Shown one piece after another: positions 25,466 to 39,000 of a stretch of DNA of 64,000 bases (position 1 is the stretch's first letter; each line of letters begins with the position of its first letter). The DNA comes from Pristiophorus japonicus. Taxonomy: Eukaryota. The notes beneath the pieces were generated by a model. It was not told the DNA's origin and ran no database searches. It saw only the letters and a list, made by a program, of their open reading frames with translations. The DNA lies in the NCBI RefSeq assembly GCF_044704955.1, contig NC_091984.1:148738001-148802000 (forward strand), written 5' to 3'. The position numbers and the translations under genes were made by a program.

Positions 25466-25894
25466 GGGTTTTTACGACAATCTGGCAGTTTCATGGTCAC
25501 CATTACTGACACTAGCTTTTTATTCCAGATTTATTTCATTAACTGAATTTAAATTCCCCAGCTGCCATGGTGGGATTTGAACTCGTGTCTCTGGATCATT
25601 GGTCCAGGCCATAGTCGTCCATAGCTCTTTCAAAGAGCCAGCACAGGTTTGATGGGCTGAATGGCCTCCCTCTGTGCTGTGAGATGCTGTGACTAAGGAG
25701 CGGGGCTCCAGCTAGCGTAGGCAATGTGGGATCAAGGGTTGAAAGCAGGGGTATGGGTGGAGCCCATATAGATGTACCACAAGGGGGCACTACAGAATCG
25801 ATTGATCCAATTATTGGCAGCGTGGAAATCGGGGATGGAAATAGCTTCAATAAAATGTCTGCTGCGACTTTTAAAGTGGTCAACATCACCAGCA

Positions 25895-26285
25895 CAATCA
25901 TAGAATCACAGAAAATTACAGCACGGAAGGAAGCCATTTCGGCTCATCGTGTCCACGCTGGCCAATAAAGAGCTGCCCAGCCTAATCCCACTTTCCAGCT
26001 CTGGGTCCGTAGCCCTGTGGTGACCAGAACTGCACGCAGTACTCTCGCTGTGGCCTAACGAGTGTTTTATACAGTTCAAGCATAATCTCCCTGCTCTTGT
26101 ATTCTACGCCTTGGCAAATAAAGGCCAGTATTCTCTATGTCTTTTTAACCACCTTATCGACCTGGCCTGCTAACTTCAGGGATCTGTGGACATGCACTCC
26201 AAGGTCCCTCCGTTCCTCCACCCCGATCAGTACCCTCCGATTTATTGTGTATTCCCTTGCCTTGTTGCCCCTCCCCAAATGCATT
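25895..26285 (-). mobile_element. CR1 3' fragment
   Basis: MHLGRGNKAREYTIN..EERRDLGVHVHRSLK; tail (TTCTATGA-like). Confidence 0.8.
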
Positions 26286-27174
26286 AGAACAAGGCTGCAG
26301 TTAGAGCAGCCTCTCCACCCACTGACAGCGCTCACTGAGTCTGACTCATGGCATCGATCAGCTGGACATTGATCTGGAAACACCAGCCCCCTGGTGAGGG
26401 AATCAAGGCTCTGATGTGACTGATAAAAGTCAAGATGAGATTGCGGAGCGGTACACAGCTGCTGCTTGTCGAAATCTCGACCTCCGAAAAGAATGACTCC
26501 GACACTTACAGCTCCGATGGAAGTTTCCCTTTTAATTTACTTGCTCGCAAGGGGTAGGTTTCACTCAGTCAAGGGCTAAATGAACACCTCCGCAATGGTA
26601 CAGCTTCACAAGATATTTATACAGTAAAACCCAAGTTCTGGCCTCTCCCTGTGTATTGCTCTGTCTCACAGTCAGTGAATACAGATAAAGAGTTAATTAC
26701 TATATCCTGGTCCTGAAATGGTGTCAAGATATTTCCTTTTGTCAGGGTTATCAGAAAGCCAAACGGCCATTACTCCATGAGTCATAGGTAATGGGCTATC
26801 ACCTGTCTTGTATTGTGTCAGGATTATCCAATTTCCTGGTCAGTTTACCTGTTTGCTTCAAATGGATGAGGTCTCGGAAAGAGATAATGGCTAGAAGATA
26901 AGGGTGGGGTGACATGGAACTCCTGTAGTGTAGACAATAGGAGAGCACCATGGGGGGTTACTTGTCTCAGCATGACTTGTCTCCTAGCTGTCTGATAACC
27001 ATCAGCCATCTAACAGCAGGTTTAGCTGTTTATGCAAGCTGGCTGCTAATATGCAGAAAGTTCTGGAAGGGCCAGGACTCCATTTTAATCAAAAGGCACA
27101 CAAATACCGTATGGTATCAGCTTAGATAAAAATACATTTCCACATTCCCCCATTTTGTCCTTCACAAGGACAAC

Positions 27175-27765
27175 TCAATCCATTCTGATCTTGTACAGTC
27201 TCTCCATTTCCATTTCTTTAGTTTCATTACTCACTAGGCATATTATACCTTCAGGATTTCTTATTCTGGGAGTAATGCTTAGGAAGGGAGGCTGATGGTT
27301 ATTATCATAATTGGGCTGGTACCATCCCTGGAAGGCTGTGAGTTTATACCCTGCCGACCTCCATTCTGTTTGCTCCTTCGTTTCTGGCCCTTTAGTTAGT
27401 TTTGTCCTGTTTTGCACTGTCAACCATTCTACCATTTCTGATTCGTTAAAGGGGACAGATCTCAGGGGAATACCCCCCCTGGAGTGGACAGGTACATGGG
27501 AACATATCCAACAACTCGACAAGTTTCTTTCTTGAGCATACCTATGACTCAGTGCCATAAATACGTTTACGTGCAATTCCCTTCGGTGGTGGGTCTGTAC
27601 CCCTGGTGTAATCAATAATGCGAAGTAAAACCCTGTCAAGCCCAGCACCATCAGTCCCCATAGTCCATACAGTTCCTTATTCAGTCTTCCTTTTTCTGTT
27701 CCTCTGATTCCTTCGTCCCTTCCTCCTGGTCGGGTGCCCGTTTGCAATGGGATGCGTGGATCCAT
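27175..27765 (-). CDS. env: Truncated retroviral env (signal peptide + N-terminal SU)
   Basis: Hydrophobic LWGLMVLGLTGFYFALLI, then NLSSCWICSHVP (CWIC). Overlaps the pol 3' end; no TM subunit. Confidence 0.8.
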   Translation of the reverse strand: MDPRIPLQTGTRPGGRDEGIRGTEKGRLNKELYGLWGLMVLGLTGFYFALLITPGVQTHHRRELHVNVFMALSHRYAQERNLSSCWICSHVPVHSRGGIPLRSVPFNESEMVEWLTVQNRTKLTKGPETKEQTEWRSAGYKLTAFQGWYQPNYDNNHQPPFLSITPRIRNPEGIICLVSNETKEMEMERLYKIRMD

Positions 27766-29924
27766 GTTGGTCTTTCCTTTACCTTGATTGCAGTATTGGT
27801 CGCCAGCAGGACCTGGTATGGTCCTTCGAATCTTGGCTGTAGACTGCTTTTCCTTTTAAAAATCTTGATGTAAACGAATTCCCCTGGCTCCAGGTTATGA
27901 CACTTCCCTTCCGCTGGCTTGACTTGGGCTTCCTTTACCTGTGAATGAAAGCTGGAAATATATTTGGTTAGTGCAATACAATAATTCAACATATTTTCCT
28001 CCATTTTGTGGATGTCCATCTGTTTTGCAGTAAATTTACTTGCTGTAAAAGGTAGTCGTTGGGGACGTCCCATAACTATCTCATGTGGTGACAGGCCTGT
28101 TGTTCTGTTGGTTGCAGATCGCATTACCATCAAAGCTAAGGGCAGCAGTTCTGTCCATTTCAGTCCAGTGTCATTGCATAGTTTTGCCAGCTTATTTTTA
28201 AGCATTCCATTATATCTTTCAACAAGTCCAGCTGATTGTGGATGATAACTGCAATGAAAACGTTGATTAATCTGTAAAGCTTTACACATTTCTCTTATGA
28301 CAGTTCCCGTGAAATGTGACCCGTTATCACTGGAAAGCTTAGCAGGGATTCCGAAGCGCGGTACAATTTCTTTTAACAAACATTTAGCAACAGTAGTGGC
28401 ATCGGCCTTTTTACATGGAAAGGCTTCAATCCATCGAGAGAACACATCTACAATAACTAATACATACTTGAATCCCATACACATAGGTAATTCAATAAAA
28501 TCCATTTGTAAATGTACAAAAGGCCCGACTGGATTTGGGTGGGAGGCAGATTCTACTTTTTTCGTCTTACCCGGATTCATTGTCTGACAGGTAACACAAT
28601 TTTCACAGATTTGTTTTGCAATTGCCGAAATACCTGGTGCATACCAAGTTGCCAAAATATAATCTGCCAATCCCCCTTTGCCTGCATGTGTGAATGTATG
28701 AACACATCGGGCAATCCATGGAAGTAAGGATCTAGGGGCCACCACGCGGCCGTCATGGTGAACCCATATTCCTTCTGGATTTTTATAACATTGATCCTTC
28801 GTCCAGGTCACCACCTCCTCCGTACTGGCCTGTGTCTGAAAGGCCAGCACGTCATTAATAGTGGATGGCGGGTCTGAGCAATTATTTTTCCTTAGTGGGA
28901 ACAATGACACCTGCATCCCCCCTTTCGACAGAGCTGCTGACTTAGCTGCATTATCAGCTCTGGCATTCCCAAGTGCCACCTCATTCGACTGGCCTGTATG
29001 TGCTTGGCATTTGATAATGGCAAGTTTTAAGGGGCATTGAATGGCTCGCAGGAGATTTTCCACTTGTTCTGCATTTTTGATAGGGGTTCCTGAAGAAGTC
29101 AGGTACCCGCGAATCTTCCAAATTTGTCCATAGTCATGTGATACCCCAAAAGCATACCTGGAGTCAGTGTAGATATTAACTGTGTGTCCTTCAGCCAGAA
29201 TACAGGCTCGAGTTAACGCAAACAATTCGGCTTGTTGGGCTGAAAAGGAGTCTGGAAGAGAGGCTGTTTCGACAACATTAAACTGAGTTACAATTGCATA
29301 AGCCGCTCTAGGTTGGCCCCTATCATTTCGTAAGGCTGATCCGTCAACATAGTACACTAAATCAGGGTTACACATTGGTACATCTGTTAGATTGATACGT
29401 GGTTTAGTCACTAATTCGGTTACCATTTCACATGAATGGGGTTCGCCGTCGTCTTCCGTGGGGAGTAGAGTGGCTGGATTTAAGGTAGTACATCTTTTGA
29501 TGACAAGGTTCGGATTTGATAACAGTTCGACCTCGTATTTAGTGGTTCTTGCGGAGGTTAGGTGTTGGGTGGCACATTTAGTAAGTAAAATCTCGACAGA
29601 GTGTGGGATATACAAAATGGTCTGATGATTTAGAGTTATTGTCTGAGCCTGTTGCATAGCATAATAAGCTGCTGCCAACGAAGGAAGACATCCTGGTAGT
29701 CCGCGTGCCACTGGGTCTAGTTGGGTACTGAAATATGCTACCGGTCGCTGCCTGTCCCCATGTAACTGAGTCAAAACAGATTGTGCAAAACCCGACTTGT
29801 GATGCACAAATAAGTTGAATAGCTTAGTGTAATCTGGTAATTCCCAAGGCTGGTGCTGAAGTGAGGGACTGCTTAAGGTTCTGGAAAGCATTCCGGGATA
29901 CTTCATTCCACATCCTTTAAGCAT
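27681..29924 (-). CDS. pol: Uninterrupted pol C-terminal ORF: tether, RNase H and integrase
   Basis: RPVAYFS..LDPVARG, YYVDGSA, SAQQAELFAL, YTDSRYAFG, GNARAD, HTFTH..C..C, QMDFIEL, SDNGSHF, PQSAGLVE, FEGPYQVL. Confidence 0.93.
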   Translation of the reverse strand: MLKGCGMKYPGMLSRTLSSPSLQHQPWELPDYTKLFNLFVHHKSGFAQSVLTQLHGDRQRPVAYFSTQLDPVARGLPGCLPSLAAAYYAMQQAQTITLNHQTILYIPHSVEILLTKCATQHLTSARTTKYEVELLSNPNLVIKRCTTLNPATLLPTEDDGEPHSCEMVTELVTKPRINLTDVPMCNPDLVYYVDGSALRNDRGQPRAAYAIVTQFNVVETASLPDSFSAQQAELFALTRACILAEGHTVNIYTDSRYAFGVSHDYGQIWKIRGYLTSSGTPIKNAEQVENLLRAIQCPLKLAIIKCQAHTGQSNEVALGNARADNAAKSAALSKGGMQVSLFPLRKNNCSDPPSTINDVLAFQTQASTEEVVTWTKDQCYKNPEGIWVHHDGRVVAPRSLLPWIARCVHTFTHAGKGGLADYILATWYAPGISAIAKQICENCVTCQTMNPGKTKKVESASHPNPVGPFVHLQMDFIELPMCMGFKYVLVIVDVFSRWIEAFPCKKADATTVAKCLLKEIVPRFGIPAKLSSDNGSHFTGTVIREMCKALQINQRFHCSYHPQSAGLVERYNGMLKNKLAKLCNDTGLKWTELLPLALMVMRSATNRTTGLSPHEIVMGRPQRLPFTASKFTAKQMDIHKMEENMLNYCIALTKYISSFHSQVKEAQVKPAEGKCHNLEPGEFVYIKIFKRKSSLQPRFEGPYQVLLATNTAIKVKERPTWIHASHCKRAPDQEEGTKESEEQKKED

Positions 29925-31962
29925 TGTGAGAATATAGTAGATTCATTCACAGCTCGTAGGTCATGGACAAACCTCCATTTGTGTGGGCTTCTGAACTGGA
30001 CAAATCTGTGTGTTACACGGACTTCTCATTTATGCTTATAGTGATTCACAGATCACAGAATGTAAAGTACTTGTTTTCTAATTTTATTAAAAGGCTTCCA
30101 AACCCAAGATTTTTCCAATACACCCAAAATGTTGATCAAGAGATCACCTGAAATATCTCAAAATCCCAATTCAACTATTGTACTGCCACTCTTTATCAAA
30201 AAAAAATCCTCTTACTGAGCTAGAAGCTTTTGTACCAAGAATTTACACCAAGGACAATGAGAGTGTACTCCCCCAGCCTGCACCTCGAGAGACCCACAAA
30301 GGCTTTTTAAAAAAAAGGCATTACAACTTTTAACCACCGGGACCATATCTCAACAACCTATCCTTTGTGCATTTCCCAGCTCCGTAACCTCTCATCCGAA
30401 TAAATCCACACCTGCGCTTCTAACTTAAAATGTCTTAAACTTCCCACATACAGGACAACACTATGAAGGGTTAAAAAAAAACTTCACTTTGTTTGAAAAA
30501 GTGGGTGGAGCTAAAACAAACAGGCAGTTCCACAACCTTTCCAAACAGGCTTCCAGACACAAGGAAAAAAGACAGAAGCACTCTCATTCAAAGACAAGAC
30601 ATTCAGTCACGCACTCTCATTGAAAGACAAGACATTCACAAGTCTCTCTCCATTCAATAAAGCTTTTTCTTTTGCTAGCTTCATTTTTTTTGAATCCATA
30701 AGTCACTATCAGGTTCTCTTTTTTTTTTTTACATTTGATTTACTTCCTCTGTTAATTTTACATGGACTTGAAGAATCGGAACCCAGGCCTTTTCTATTAC
30801 TTTCCTTTTTTTTTTTCCTACCTGGATCTCTGTTTATAAGACACTCCTGGAGACAAGTTGTTCTCTCTAAATTAAATGAACCATCGGGTGGAAATGGCCT
30901 GTTTTCACCCTTAGTCCACTTTACCGGTTTTTGTTTCTTTGGTCAATTGAAGACTGACCACAATTCTGGAGCATGACATAGGCTGGTGTGCCTTTTGTGG
31001 TGTTTTAACTTGCTCCGGCACCCATTCTGGATGATTAAGATTTTCCCACAGTTTCTGATCTCACAATCCTTTCGGCCAACCGAGTTCTCTACGCCCACTT
31101 CTCCTGGCCGTTACGTGGCCTGAAAAGGCTCTTAATTCGGGCTCAGTCTGGGTGTGTGAGATATGTTGGCACGAACCAATCGTAGTTGATCAATCAGTTA
31201 CTGTTTCTTTTCTTAATCAATCCTTGTGGGTTTTTTTTTTCGAATCACAATATTCCCTAGTGACTCTTCCCGTTTCTCCAATGGCAATGACTCACAAAGG
31301 TATTGCACACAACAGTAATACAAGGACAACACTACAATATTCCCGTGAGTACACAAATCATAACCTCTAAACAAATTCTCAGTCTGCGTTGTATGCCACT
31401 ACAGACCGAGTCCTTAACTTATCCTAATAACAGCTGATAAAACTTAAGGTTCCGTACCCAAACTCTTTGATCGATTGCGCTCTTTTTTTTTTAATAGTCT
31501 TATCACATAAGAACCCCTTCCGAATTAAAAACAATAAAAATCTTATCACATAAGAACCTTCGATCGATTAGCGCTTTTTTTTTAATAGTCTTATCACATA
31601 AGAACCCCTTCCGAATTAAAAACAATAAAAATCTTATCACATAAGAACCTGGAACCCTTTTCGATTGACTAGCGCTCCCTTACCTACTGAAACTTTCCCC
31701 GGGCTGTCTCGAGATTTTTTCCAGAACCTGTTCTCTTCTGCTGGCGAGCTGAGAAAGAAATGGTTATAAAAAAAATACCTTTAACCTTTAAATGCCGAGT
31801 CTTGTAGATGCAGTACCTCAGCTGTGGACAACAGATTACATCTGCGATTCAACAGTGAAGAAACCTCTTGTGAGCAAAGGCTCACCTTGTTTGGCCACCG
31901 AAGCCTTTCACTGGAGAGGCACTATGCCTGTATCCGTTTTACTCACAGGACAGAGAGTATGC

Positions 31963-31980
31963 ATCTCGGTGGAACCTCCA
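31963..31980 (-). other. Primer-binding site complementary to tRNA-Gln
   Basis: Minus strand TGGAGGTTCCACCGAGAT is the complement of the vertebrate tRNA-Gln 3' end (...ATCTCGGTGGAACCT-CCA), 5 nt from the 5' LTR. Confidence 0.88.
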
Positions 31981-33058
31981 ATAACTGTCGAAATCTCGAC
32001 CTCCGAAAAGAATGACTCCGACACTTACAGCTCCGATGGAAGTTTCCCTTTTAATTTACTTGCTCGCAAGGGGTAGGTTTCACTCAGTCAAGGGCTAAAT
32101 GAACACCTCCGCAATGGTACAGCTTCACAAGATATTTATACAGTAAAACCCAAGTTCTGGCCTCTCCCTGTGTATTGCTCTGTCTCACAGTCAGTGAATA
32201 CAGATAAAGAGTTAATTACTATATCCTGGTCCTGAAATGGTGTCAAGATATTTCCTTTTGTCAGGGTTATCAGAAAGCCAAACGGCCATTACTCCATGAG
32301 TCATAGGTAATGGGCTATCACCTGTCTTGTATTGTGTCAGGATTATCCAATTTCCTGGTCAGTTTACCTGTTTGCTTCAGATGGATGAGGTCTCGGAAAG
32401 AGATAATGGCTAGAAGATAAGGGTGGGGTGACATGGAACTCCTGTAGTGTAGACAATAGGAGAGCACCATGGGGGGTTACTTGTCTCAGCATGACTTGTC
32501 TCCTAGCTGTCTGATAACCATCAGCCATCTAACAGCAGGTTTAGCTGTTTATGCAAGCTGGCTGCTAATATGCAGAAAGTTCTGGAAGGGCCAGGACTCC
32601 ATTTTAATCAAAAGGCACACAAATACCGTATGGTATCAGCTTAGATAAAAATACATTTCCACATGCTGGACACAATGAACAGGAGGAAGCCATTCAGCCC
32701 CTCGAGCCTGTTCCCCCATTCAATCAGATCACGGCTCATGTGTATCTGAACTCCATCTACCCGCCTTGGTTCCACAAGTTCCAAGGCCGATACTCTCTCG
32801 AGTTTAGAAGAATGAGAGGGGATCTCATTGAAACATACAAGATTCTGACAGGGCTTGACAGGGTAGATGAAGGAAGGATGTTTCCTCTGGCTGGGGAGTC
32901 TAGAACCAGGGGTCACAGTCTCAGAATAAGGGGTTGGCCATTTAGGACTGAGATGTGGAGAAACTTCTTCACTCAGTGGGTGGTGAATCTCTCGAATTCT
33001 CTGCCCCAGAGGGCTGTGGAGGATCAGTCTTTGAGTATATTAAAGATAAGATCGATAG

Positions 33059-36000
33059 TGTCATGTATTCAACTGTCATTGTAACCCATGTATAAACTGA
33101 CCTAAGTTGTACACTGTGAGAACATTGACCACTAGGTGGTGAACTAGTGGGAGACACTCCTAACCTGGACTTTCAGGTATAAAAGGGGAAGCTCCACCCA
33201 CCTTCATCACTTGAGTGCTGGCTAATAAAGGTTACTGGTCACTTCTCTCAAGTATGGGCCTCGTGTGCATTTATAATGTATAGTAAGGTCATATCATTGG
33301 TGACGAGAAACTAGGATTTAAATCACGCGAGCATGGCCACTAGCAGCACAGACGAGAGGTACTGTGTTGGTGATGATTGGGATGATTTTATTGAGAGACT
33401 ACAGCAAAGTTTCATCAGAAAGAAATGGTTGGGACAGGATTCGGCCGACAAACGCAGGGCTCATCTCCTGACGGTTTGTGGATCCAGGATATATCCCCAA
33501 TGAAGGACCTTCTAGCGCCAGAGAAGCCGGCGGACAAGACTTTTGAAGAGCTCAGTAAGTTAATCGGTGAACACTTTAAACCAGCGAGCAGCATGCACTT
33601 GGCAGGACACCGGTTTTACACGCACCGGCGGCGAGAAGGGCAAAGCGTTCCAGACTTCGTGGCAGATCTTGGGCGACTGGCGAGCCTATGTAAGTTCCCA
33701 GATGCATGAAGAGCACAGATGCTGCGAGACTTTTTTATTGCAGGCTTCGGGCACGCTGGGGTTTCAGGAAACTGATTGAGACCAAAGACTTGACGCTGGA
33801 AAAGGCGGCTTTGATAGCCCAGATGTTTATCTCAGGAGAGGAAGAGACCAGAATGATGTTTGACAAAAATCTTAAATGCAGCAAATGGACAGGGAGTCAA
33901 CATTGTTAATGTAAAGTCCTGTCCCCTCAGTACAGATTCACACGAGGCATGTAGTGAAGTCAAGGTCACTCTGGACCTGCACCTTTTATTTCACAACTCT
34001 GGAATGCTGCACTTGCCTGAGACCTGTGCTTATATACCTGTCTCTTGCAAGTGCACCCCCGGTGGTAAGGTATGCTGGTGGTTACAGGTCATATCTTATT
34101 TCAGTCATGTATAGCATGTTGGGATACAGTTATATATAATAACGTAAGATACATGACATCACCCTCCCCCAAGGTCTTATTGTCTTTATAGGTTCAGTCT
34201 CTCAGGTGGTCTACGCTCTTGAGTGGAGTCTCTGAGTTGTGGTTCAGTTGTTTGCCTTGGTGTCTGTTTTTCTTTGGGTGTGGTTGCTGGTATCTCACCT
34301 GGGCTGTCTGTTTCGATTGGTGTGATTGTTGTTGACTCGCCTGGGCTGTCTGTTGGGATTGCCCTTTCCTCAGGTTGTTCCCTCTGTCTGTCCATCAGGT
34401 GTGGTGCGAGTTCCACATTGTAGTCTGCCTCTGGTTCCGCAGTGCTGTTGGTAAATCTGCTTTTGACTTGGTCGACATGCCTCCGGCAGGTTTTGCCATT
34501 GTCCATTTGTACTACCAGTAGCCTGTTTCCTTCCTTGCCCGTTACTGTTCCTGCAAGCCATTTGGGACCCCTGCCATAGTTTAGTACAAACACATTGTCC
34601 CCATCTCATTCCATCTCCCCCTTGAATTTGTGTCATGGTACTCAGTCAGCTTACGGCGCTTTGCCTCAACGATTTCGTGCATGTCTGGGAGGATTAATGA
34701 GAGCCTTGTTTTTAAAGTCCTTTTCATCAACAGTTGCGTGGGGGGGATCCCAGAGAGTGAGTGCGGACGAGATCTGTATGCCAGCAGCAATCGCGACAGG
34801 CGACCCTGCAGCGTGGGACCTTGGATTTTAAGCATGCCTTGTTTAATGATTTGCACTGCTCTCTCCGCCTGACCGTTGGAGGTCGGCTTGAACGGTGCCG
34901 TCTTGACATGATTTATGCCGTGGTCAATTATAAAGTCTTGGAATCATGCGCTGGTGAAGGACAGACCATTGTCACTGACCAATATGTCAGGGATTCCGTG
35001 CGTTGCAAACATGGTTGCGAGGCTCTCCACAGTGGTGGAGGTTGTGCTTGACTTTAAAATGGTGCATTCGATCCACTTTGAAAATGCATCTACAACTACG
35101 AGGAACATTTTGCCCATGAATGGGCCCGCATAGTCTACGTGCACCCGCGACCACGATTTGGTAGGCCAGGGCCAGGGACTCAGTGGAGCCTCCCTGGGGG
35201 CATTGCTGAGTTGGGCACAAATGGTGCACCTTCGGACGCAGAGCTCCAAGTCCGCGTCAATACCAGGCCACCAGACGTGGGATCTGGCTATGGCCTTCAT
35301 GAGAACAATCAACGGGTGCTCGCGGTGGAGCTCCTGGACAAATGCCTCTCTGCCTCGCAGAGGCATGACTACTCGGCTGCCCCATATCAGGCAGTCTGCT
35401 TGTAGTAATAGCTCATGCATGCGCCTGTGAAAGGGTTTTAATTCCTCGGGGCAGGTATCGCGAGCCTCTGCCCAGTCACCGGTTAGGACACATCTTTTTA
35501 CTAAGGATAACGTGGGGTCGCTGGCCATCCAGGCTCTGATTTGGCGAGCCGTCATGGGCGAACCTGTGGACTCAAAGGCATTGATTGCCATGGGTATCTC
35601 ACAGTCCTGTTCGTCAGACCCTTCCATGGTCGCCAGGGGTAGCCTGCTGAGCGCGTCGGCACAGTTGTCTGTGCCTTATGGTATAGTCGTAGGACACCAG
35701 CATGAGTGCCCACCGTTGAATTCGCACCGAGACGTTGGCGTTTATTGCCTTGCTCTCGGATAGGAGGGAGGTGAGGGGCTTGTGGTCGGTTTCTAACGCG
35801 AACTTGGCCCCGAAAAGTTATTGGTGCATCTTTTTGATACCATACACGCACGCGAGCACCTCCTTCTCTTCTATTCCGTACCCGTGCTCCACCCGCGAAA
35901 GTGACCTGGAGGCATAAGCTATGGGTTGTAATTTTCCCGCACTATTGACATGTTGCGAAACACACCCGACCCCATACGCTGACGCATCGCATGTGAGAAC

Positions 36001-39000
36001 TAGCCTTTTACCTGGGTCAAAGAAAGTCAAAACACTGTTGGAATACAGAAGGTTGCGTGCCTTATTGAAGGCGCGTTCCTGGACGTCCCCCCAAAACCAA
36101 TCGCACCCCTTCCTGAGTAGCACGTGGAGAGGCTCCAGCAGCGTGCTTAAGTTCTGCATAAAGTTCCCAAAGTAATTGAGTAGCCCGAGAAAGGCGCGCA
36201 GTTCGGAGACATTCCGGGGCCTGGGTGCCAGGCGAATTGCTTCTGTTTTGGACTCTGTTGGGCGGATTCCATCAGCGGCAATTCTTCTGCCCAAAATTCA
36301 ACCTCGGTTGCGAGAAACAGGCACTTGGATTTCTTGACTCGTAGGCCTACCCGATCCAACCGCTTTAGTACTTCCTCCAAATTACAGAGATGGGAGTCGG
36401 TGTCCCTGCCCGTGATAAGTATGTCGTCTTGAAATACAACCGTCCCCGGGATGGACTTGAGCAGACTCTCCATGTTGCGCTGGAATATGGCAGCTGCTGA
36501 CCTGATGCCGAATGGGCATCGATTGTACATGAAAAGGCCTCGATGTATGTTGATGGTGGTGAGTAGCTTGGATTCCTCGGTCAATTCTTGCGTCATATAC
36601 GCAGATGTGAGATCTAATTTTGAGATAAGTTTACCTCCAGCCAATGTGGCAAATAAGTCCTCCGCTCTGGGCAGCGGGTACTGGTCCTGTAGGGAGACTC
36701 TGCTTATGGTAGATTTGTAGTCCCCACAGTTTCATACGGATCCATCAGGCTTCATGACTGGGACGATGGGACTTGCCCAGTCGCAAAATTCCACAGGTGA
36801 TATAATGCCTTCCCGCAGAAGCCTGTCTAGTTCGTGTTCAATCTTTTCCCTCATCACATAGGATACAGCTCTGGCCTTGTGATGGACCAGTCTAGCATCC
36901 TGTGTGATGTAGATTTTGACTTTGGCCCCTTTGAAAGTGCCCACACCTGGCTGAAAGAGATGTTCAAATCGCTTTATAACTGTTGAGCAGGAGGTCCGTT
37001 CCTCTAATGACATGGCATGGATATCATCCCATTTCCAGTTTAGTTTTGCCAGCCAACTTCTCCCCAGCAGTGCTGGGGGATCTCCGGGGACAATCCACAG
37101 GGGAAGTCGGTTCACTGTCCCTTTGTGTGCGACAGAGAGCATGGCGCTGCCAAGGACTGGTACGATTTCTTTGGTATAGGTCCTTAGTTTGGTGTCGACC
37201 CTTGTGAGTTTTGGTCTGTCTCTTTTGTTCAAATTGTTGAGCGCCCATGAGAGATTGACTCGCTCCTGTATCCAGCTCCATGTTGACAGATATCCCGTTG
37301 AGTAGGACCCTCATCATTATAGGAGGCATCCTGTCGTAGGAACAGCGGCCATTGATCGTGTTGACCCGCTGTACATCGGTGTCCCGGGTACTGTCCCCAC
37401 CGTCTTCTGGTCCACTTTCCGATCCATCCGATTCGTATACCTGCCGTTCTTTTGCACATGCGGGCCAAATGCCCTGTACATTCACAGTTCCTGCAAACAG
37501 CCTGCTGAAATCGACATCCCCTTGACGAGTGCCCACCCCCACACCTCCAGCACAGACTGCTTGCAAAGAATGAGCTGTGACCGGCTGATCTCTCTTGAGC
37601 TTCTCTCAGTTTGTAGTTAATTGCTCGAATTGTGGGTTGATGAGGTGTGAACGGCCGTTCCTGTGGCCCTTGATGGCTTCTGTTGCCACTGCTTGCTGTC
37701 GAAAGCCTGTTCTGCCCGTTTTGTCTGTGTGTCGGGGTAGCAGCTTTTCTAATGCTGTGAACTCCTTGTTCCATTATTTCGTTAGTTGTCGTACCTGCAT
37801 TGTAAATCAACCTCGTTTTTTCTTCCCCTTCCAAGAATGTCTGTGCAACCAGTGCTGCAGCTCTAAGGTCAGGTTCTTGGTCTCTATGAGCTTTCAGAAT
37901 ATGCCTGCGTGGCCTATTCCTTCAATGAAAAAGTCTCTCAGCATTTCTCTCCTCAGTTCATCGGAGAACTCACCTAAACTAGCCAACCTCCGAAGTTCTG
38001 CCATGAAGTCGGGTATGCTCTGGCCCACACAGCGTCTATAGTTGTAGAACCTGTGTCTGGCCATGTGTAGGCTGCTCGCTGGCTTCAGGAGGTCTCTTAC
38101 CAGTGTGCTCAATTCTTCAAACGACTTGCTTGCTGGTTTCTCAGGTGCCAACAAATCCTTCATTAAAGCGTATGTTTTCGAGCCACAGCTGGTCAAGAGA
38201 TGGGCTCTTCTCTTGTCTGCCTTATCGTCGCCTAACCAGTCTTTGGTTACAAAGCTTTGCTGGAGCTTTTCTATAAAGTCCTCCCAATTGTCTCCCGCAT
38301 TGTACTTTTCATCTGATCCGTTGTTCGCCACTCTGTGGATTCTGTAATCCCGTAACCGGTCGCCACTATGAAGTCCTGTCCCCCAGTACAGATTCACACG
38401 AGGCATGTAGTGAAGTCAAGGTCACTCTGGACCTGCACCTTTATTTCACAGCTAAGGAATGCTGCACTTGCCTGAGACCTGTCCTTATATACCTGTCTCT
38501 TGCAAGTGCACCCCCGGTGGTAAGGTATGCTGGTGGTTACAGGTCATATCTTATTACAGTCATGTATAGCATGTTGGGATACAGTTATATATAATAATGT
38601 AAGATACATGACAGTTAATGCGTCACACAGTTCTCCAGGCAGACAGGGGCAATCGGACATGCCTGAGCATGCAGTCGAACCCAAAGGGGGAATTCAACAG
38701 GGGCAATGGTTAGCTGAATGGCGATTCATGCCATCGCGAGGGACAATGCGCCCAGTAATGGGGCCATCAACACCTGTCAATAGTGTGCTTAAGAGCAGTT
38801 ACAGAGACAGTCAGAGACGATCGACTGGTAATGGACCTTTTGTTTCCAACAACGGCTCATGTTGGAGGTGTGGAGGCAAACACCCAGCCAGAGCTTGCAG
38901 GTATCAGCAATATACCTACAGAAATTGCAACGTCAGCGTTCACTTGGCACGTATGTGCAGGAAGCCGGCAGCCAGGTTGATGTACGAAGAGGACAGGCCC

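Larger units (their letters stand above)
26467..32663 (-). mobile_element. Young internally deleted epsilon/gamma-like endogenous retrovirus
   Basis: LTRs 26467-27144 and 31986-32663 (678 bp each, TG...CA, one mismatch seen by eye), 4-bp TSD TGCT, PBS 31963-31980, PPT next to 27145. Confidence 0.97.
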
